A stretch of DNA of 64,000 nt, taken from IMG/VR virus record IMGVR_UViG_3300045988_080954, one strand, 5' to 3'. The notes below the pieces were generated by a model, which was given only the letters and a program-made list of their open reading frames with translations, searched no databases and was not told the origin of the DNA. Below, in pieces: positions 60,276 to 64,000 of the stretch (position 1 is the first letter of the stretch; each line of letters opens with the position of its first letter). Source of the DNA: a virus. Both the position numbers and the translations under genes were made by a program.

Positions 60276-60565
60276 GTACTTGTTATGATTGCGCGTGTTC
60301 AAAAATCGAAACAGATGGCAGTCACAGATTCCTTGTTTGTGGAATTTCTGTAAAACATTTTTGCGTTCCGTTCTCGCTTCCAGCACCAGATATATGTAAT
60401 GGATTTCAAAAGCGAAGTGGATTCTCGGCGTTAGAAGTACTTACTCCAGAGGAAAAAGAAAAATACTTCGAAATATATCGAAAGTTGCCTTCGTATAATC
60501 CAGAAGTAAGTCATGAAGAATTTTTCAAAGGTATGGACAGTGGTTTTTTAGGGATTTATCCATAA
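60272..60565 (+). CDS. Cys-containing hypothetical protein (97 aa)
   Basis: ATGA overlap. Confidence 0.45.
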   Translation: MSTCYDCACSKIETDGSHRFLVCGISVKHFCVPFSLPAPDICNGFQKRSGFSALEVLTPEEKEKYFEIYRKLPSYNPEVSHEEFFKGMDSGFLGIYP

Positions 60566-60653
60566 AACGATGCAGAGACTGTTAAAGCTATTGGTTCCAT
60601 AAAAGTATCAGTAAACAGATTTTATCGAGATTTGCAGAAAGTTAGGTGTTTGA

Positions 60654-61154
60654 ATGGAGCTTCCAGAATTTGAAAAATGTAAATGTTGTAAAATACGTAA
60701 ACTTAATAACGGAGAGATTCGTTTATGCTGCGAACCACTATTTTTAGAATACCTGCATACTACATGCGAAGAAAGAAGAACAGAACACCCAGAACAGTGC
60801 AAAGAAATATTTAAAAAAATTGAAAACGACAAAGTATATACAGAAGAATATACTGGCATTCCAATAACAATTATGAAACCATATGAATCAGCAACATCTT
60901 CGTTTCTTATTATAACAGAGCAAGAAACGGAATATGCTAGCTTTGTAGCTGATGTAATTGGTAGATTAGACTATGACGAAACACTTATGGTGAAAGTAGG
61001 AGAAAACGAGATTCCATTTAATGTAATTCACATTGGAATCTCCAATAATAATTTTCCAATACGCTTTGAACTTATGGCGAAACAAGTTGGAACATTTTCG
61101 ACTGGAAGATGGGAAAAGATATTGAGAGGTATTTTAAGTGAAAGTAAGCATTAA
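60654..61154 (+). CDS. hypothetical protein (166 aa)
   Basis: RBS AGGTG. N-terminal CKCCK...CC cluster. Confidence 0.5.
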   Translation: MELPEFEKCKCCKIRKLNNGEIRLCCEPLFLEYLHTTCEERRTEHPEQCKEIFKKIENDKVYTEEYTGIPITIMKPYESATSSFLIITEQETEYASFVADVIGRLDYDETLMVKVGENEIPFNVIHIGISNNNFPIRFELMAKQVGTFSTGRWEKILRGILSESKH

Positions 61155-61335
61155 GCAAATTAAATGTTTTCTAACAGGCGGATGCAAGTTCAAAAGTTCG
61201 GATACAGAATCGAAATGCAATGACAAAGAAAAGACTTGCACTATTACGGAAACTTGCTACAAATGCGGAAAGAAGTACACTGCCGTATTCACTTACAAAC
61301 AGTTAGGTATTCCGGATGGGGGGGTGACTAAATGA
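61138..61335 (+). CDS. small Cys-rich protein (65 aa)
   Basis: GTG lies 8 nt after GAGAGG. CYKCGKK. Confidence 0.4.
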   Translation: MKVSIKQIKCFLTGGCKFKSSDTESKCNDKEKTCTITETCYKCGKKYTAVFTYKQLGIPDGGVTK

Positions 61336-61532
61336 AGATTCCAGAATGTGATCATGATTTTGAAGAATGTGAGATATCCAATCCTTATAATTATGATTTT
61401 GATGAATTTAAGCCATGTGACTCTAATCAACGCTTTCATCCGTATTATTGTAAAAAGTGCGGAATACTTATTTTGAAAAAAGTAGTTGATAATGGACGAG
61501 GAACAGACAAATTTTTGTGGGAGGATAAATAA
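61332..61532 (+). CDS. zinc-ribbon protein (66 aa)
   Basis: ATGA overlap. YYCKKCG. Confidence 0.45.
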   Translation: MKIPECDHDFEECEISNPYNYDFDEFKPCDSNQRFHPYYCKKCGILILKKVVDNGRGTDKFLWEDK

Positions 61533-61535
61533 ATC

Positions 61536-62084
61536 ATGAAAAATGCATGGAAAGTATTATTAATTTCACTTGTAGGAGTTATAGCAATTGTAATATTCGG
61601 AATCTTTGGAGTACAAAGTTTCCAGAATCATGCAATATCATTGGAAGAACAGGTAGAATCAGCATCATCAGACATTAAGATACAGGAGAAACGTAGAGTT
61701 GATCTGGTATACAATCTTGCGGATTGTGTGAAACAATATGATAAGCATGAGAGTGAAACATTAAAAGCTATTGTTTCTGGAAGAACTTCTGGTTCAAACG
61801 ATATTAAGAATGTTACTACTGCAATTTCAGCTGTGAGTGAAGCATACCCGGAATTAAAATCTTCTGAGAACTACAAGCAGCTCATGACAGAACTTTCTAT
61901 GACAGAGAATCTTATTGCAGAATACAGAGAGAACTACAACAAGTCAGTCAAATCATATCGCAAATATGTAAAAGCATTTCCTCAGAGATCATTCTTGAAT
62001 ATGCTTGGATATGATAAAAAAGACTTTAAACTGCTTGATTTTGATGCACCAGAATCGGCACCGCAGAACCTGTTTGAGGAATAA
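61536..62084 (+). CDS. lemA: LemA-family membrane protein (182 aa)
   Basis: N-terminal TM, then SLEEQVESASSDIKIQEKRRVDLVYNLADCVKQYDKHESETLKAIVSGR, matching the recalled LemA core (QRR-DLIPNLV..VK.Y..HE..T). Confidence 0.75.
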   Translation: MKNAWKVLLISLVGVIAIVIFGIFGVQSFQNHAISLEEQVESASSDIKIQEKRRVDLVYNLADCVKQYDKHESETLKAIVSGRTSGSNDIKNVTTAISAVSEAYPELKSSENYKQLMTELSMTENLIAEYRENYNKSVKSYRKYVKAFPQRSFLNMLGYDKKDFKLLDFDAPESAPQNLFEE

Positions 62085-62087
62085 GAT

Positions 62088-62834
62088 ATGAAGACGGATA
62101 GAGGTTTGGATTTTGGAAGTTTTGAGGTTACTAAGAGAGAAATTATTGCTAGCATTTCAATCATTGCAGTAATGCTTCTTATAGGAACATTGATTTCTTC
62201 CAAAATATCTGACTGGCAGATAAATCAAAATGATAAATACAATAAAGCTGTAAAAATTCAATCCACAGATTTGTTTCAGTATGGTATGGAGACTAACGTT
62301 GGTAATGCTTTTGTATATGGAGATTTAAAAGCTGTCGATACAGTCACTTACTCTGAGATTGGCGGCAAATACATATACGTTAAAAAAGTGAAGGAAAAGT
62401 ACACGCGGCACACCAGAAGAGTAGCACATAAATCTGGAAAAAGTACTTATTACACCACCGAAACTTATTGGACTTGGGATTATGCAGGAAAAGAAAGCAA
62501 GACAGCTAAGAAAATAAACTTCTGCGGAATTAATTTTAAAAGCAATAAAATCGTTCTTCCAGATGACGAGTACATTGATACGGTAAAAGAGTCAAGCCGT
62601 ATCAGGTATAAGTACTATGGGGTTGTGACAAAGTACAAAGGAACAATCTTTACGTCATTAAAAGATAAAACAATCAGTGACAAGACTAAATTTTACAACA
62701 ACCGAAACATCGAAGAAACAGTAAAACATTTGGAAACCGGAGTATGGTTAGTTTTATTCCGTGTTTTCTGGGTTATCTTGACAGGAACAGTTGTTTTTGG
62801 ATTTTATTACTTAGATAATGATTGGTTAGAATAA
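62088..62834 (+). CDS. membrane protein with N- and C-terminal TM segments, LemA partner (248 aa)
   Basis: TM near residue 20 and double TM at the C-terminus. Starts 3 nt after the lemA stop. Confidence 0.55.
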   Translation: MKTDRGLDFGSFEVTKREIIASISIIAVMLLIGTLISSKISDWQINQNDKYNKAVKIQSTDLFQYGMETNVGNAFVYGDLKAVDTVTYSEIGGKYIYVKKVKEKYTRHTRRVAHKSGKSTYYTTETYWTWDYAGKESKTAKKINFCGINFKSNKIVLPDDEYIDTVKESSRIRYKYYGVVTKYKGTIFTSLKDKTISDKTKFYNNRNIEETVKHLETGVWLVLFRVFWVILTGTVVFGFYYLDNDWLE

Positions 62835-62864
62835 GCAGTCAGAGAGCCAGAAAGGAGTGCCATT

Positions 62865-64000
62865 ATGAGCAACTTGAAGATATTTACAGATAATATCGAA
62901 CCAGAAGCATTAAATCAGATTTATACATTGATAAAACAGCCTGCATTTTCTGAATGCAAAGTACGAATCATGCCAGATGTTCACGCAGGAGCGGGATGTG
63001 TAATTGGTTTTACTGCTGATCTCGGAGATAAAGTAATCCCGAATATTGTTGGCGTAGACATTGGATGTGGAATGCTTACAACACAAATCCCTGCTGACGT
63101 TGGAACAATAGATTTTAAAATTCTCGACGAAGTAATAAGAAACAATGTTCCGGCAGGAAGAAACGTACGTGACGAAATCATAAATTTTGAAGAATTAGAA
63201 GAACTTCATTGTTTTTCTCGACTCAAAAATATTGAATGGATTCGCAGGAGCCTTGGTACACTTGGGGGCGGAAATCATTTCATTGAAATTGGCACTGATT
63301 CTAAAGGGATAAATTATCTTGTAATTCACACTGGAAGCCGCAACCTTGGGAAACAAGTAGCTGAAATATATCAAAAAATTGCCATAGAAGACATGCAGGG
63401 TACAGACAAGCTCGAAACTGAAATACAAAAATTTGTGAAAGAATACAAGCGTTCTGGCAGACACAAGGAAATCCAACATGGTATTGATGAATTAAAACGA
63501 AAATGGAAGCCGGACAAACTAGGTATTCCGAAAGAATTGTGTTACTTGACAGGAGAACACAGAAAACAATATCTGCATGATATGAAAATTTGCCAAGAAT
63601 TTGCAAGAATAAACAGAAGATGTATACAGAACGCTATATTTTACACTATGAATTGGACACTCCAAAGAAATACATGGTTTGATACAATTCATAATTATAT
63701 TGACCACGATACAAACATTGTTCGTAAAGGTGCAATATCAGCTAAATATGGCGAAAAAGTTCTTATTCCAATGAATATGCGAGACGGATGCATTATCGCA
63801 TTCGGGAAAGGAAACGAGGACTGGAATTGTTCGGCCCCGCATGGCGCAGGACGCATTACGAGCCGATCAAAAGCAAAAGAAAACATCTCGTTAGAAGAAT
63901 TTAAGGAGTCTATGGATGGGATATACACAACATCCGTTCAGAAATCCACAATTGATGAAAGCCCTATGGCCTACAAACCACCGCAAGAAATTATTGATAA
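62865..64000 (+). CDS. rtcB: RtcB-family RNA ligase, 3'-truncated by the window end
   Basis: Not in the ORF track (no stop in the window). ATG at 62865 follows AAAGGAG. RIMPDVHAGAGC, GVDIGCGM, GGGNHFIE, HTGSRNLG, PMNMRDG and SAPHGAGR all read directly from the translation. Confidence 0.9.
   Translation, partial: MSNLKIFTDNIEPEALNQIYTLIKQPAFSECKVRIMPDVHAGAGCVIGFTADLGDKVIPNIVGVDIGCGMLTTQIPADVGTIDFKILDEVIRNNVPAGRNVRDEIINFEELEELHCFSRLKNIEWIRRSLGTLGGGNHFIEIGTDSKGINYLVIHTGSRNLGKQVAEIYQKIAIEDMQGTDKLETEIQKFVKEYKRSGRHKEIQHGIDELKRKWKPDKLGIPKELCYLTGEHRKQYLHDMKICQEFARINRRCIQNAIFYTMNWTLQRNTWFDTIHNYIDHDTNIVRKGAISAKYGEKVLIPMNMRDGCIIAFGKGNEDWNCSAPHGAGRITSRSKAKENISLEEFKESMDGIYTTSVQKSTIDESPMAYKPPQEIID

Noticed and set aside
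1-64000. Diversity-generating retroelement, retron, or canonical multi-gene defence island (BREX, DISARM, CBASS, Thoeris)
   Set aside because: I could not recognise any reverse transcriptase, cyclase, TIR/SIR2, or large helicase/methylase gene set in any frame of the window.

Overview
AT-rich phage or prophage DNA with siphovirus-type organisation, apparently temperate, and a low-GC Firmicutes (Clostridia-like) coding style. Almost every gene has an AGGAG-type RBS, and many genes overlap by ATGA. All family names are recalled from motifs read by eye; nothing was searched.

Layout, left to right:
- 1-1.7 kb: fibre-like gene plus an XkdX-like mini-gene.
- 1.9-2.9 kb: Xer-like tyrosine recombinase with its own promoter and nested inverted repeats, sitting inside the virion module.
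- 2.9-16.7 kb: head-tail connectors, major tail protein, chaperone pair with a -1 frameshift, a 1658-aa tape measure, a 1274-aa LRR/Ig tail protein, and a putative receptor binder.
- 16.7-17.4 kb: repeat-rich non-coding island.
- 17.4-18.9 kb: CHAP/SH3 endolysin.
- 19-21 kb: leftward cassette with an orphan LytTR response regulator.
- 21.7-23.2 kb: CI/Cro switch and a Bro-N antirepressor.
- 26-31.5 kb: recombination module (SSB-like, Rad50-like ATPase, RecT, and a metallo-beta-lactamase gene broken by an in-frame TAA).
- 31.8-33.6 kb: RHH / GIY-YIG nuclease / DNA methyltransferase cluster.
- 34.7-44.1 kb: many small early genes, including a replisome organiser and a DnaC-like loader.
- 44.3-46 kb: large serine recombinase.
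- 46.9-47.7 kb: visibly GC-richer non-coding island.
- 47.7-52 kb: leftward operon of small genes.
- 52.2-54.5 kb: rightward operon of an HTH regulator, four small acidic proteins and an orphan Cas5-like gene, ending in CRISPR-repeat-like hairpins and a terminator.
- 55.1-55.7 kb: TerS-like gene.
- 57.4-58.8 kb: structured protein-free locus with five tRNAs.
- 58.8-61.5 kb: run of small zinc-ribbon proteins.
- 61.5-64 kb: LemA pair and a partial RtcB RNA ligase running off the window end.

The most interesting candidate is the phage-borne orphan cas5 with repeat-like RNA hairpins in an acr/aca-like operon. Second is the tRNA / structured RNA / RtcB RNA-repair neighbourhood.
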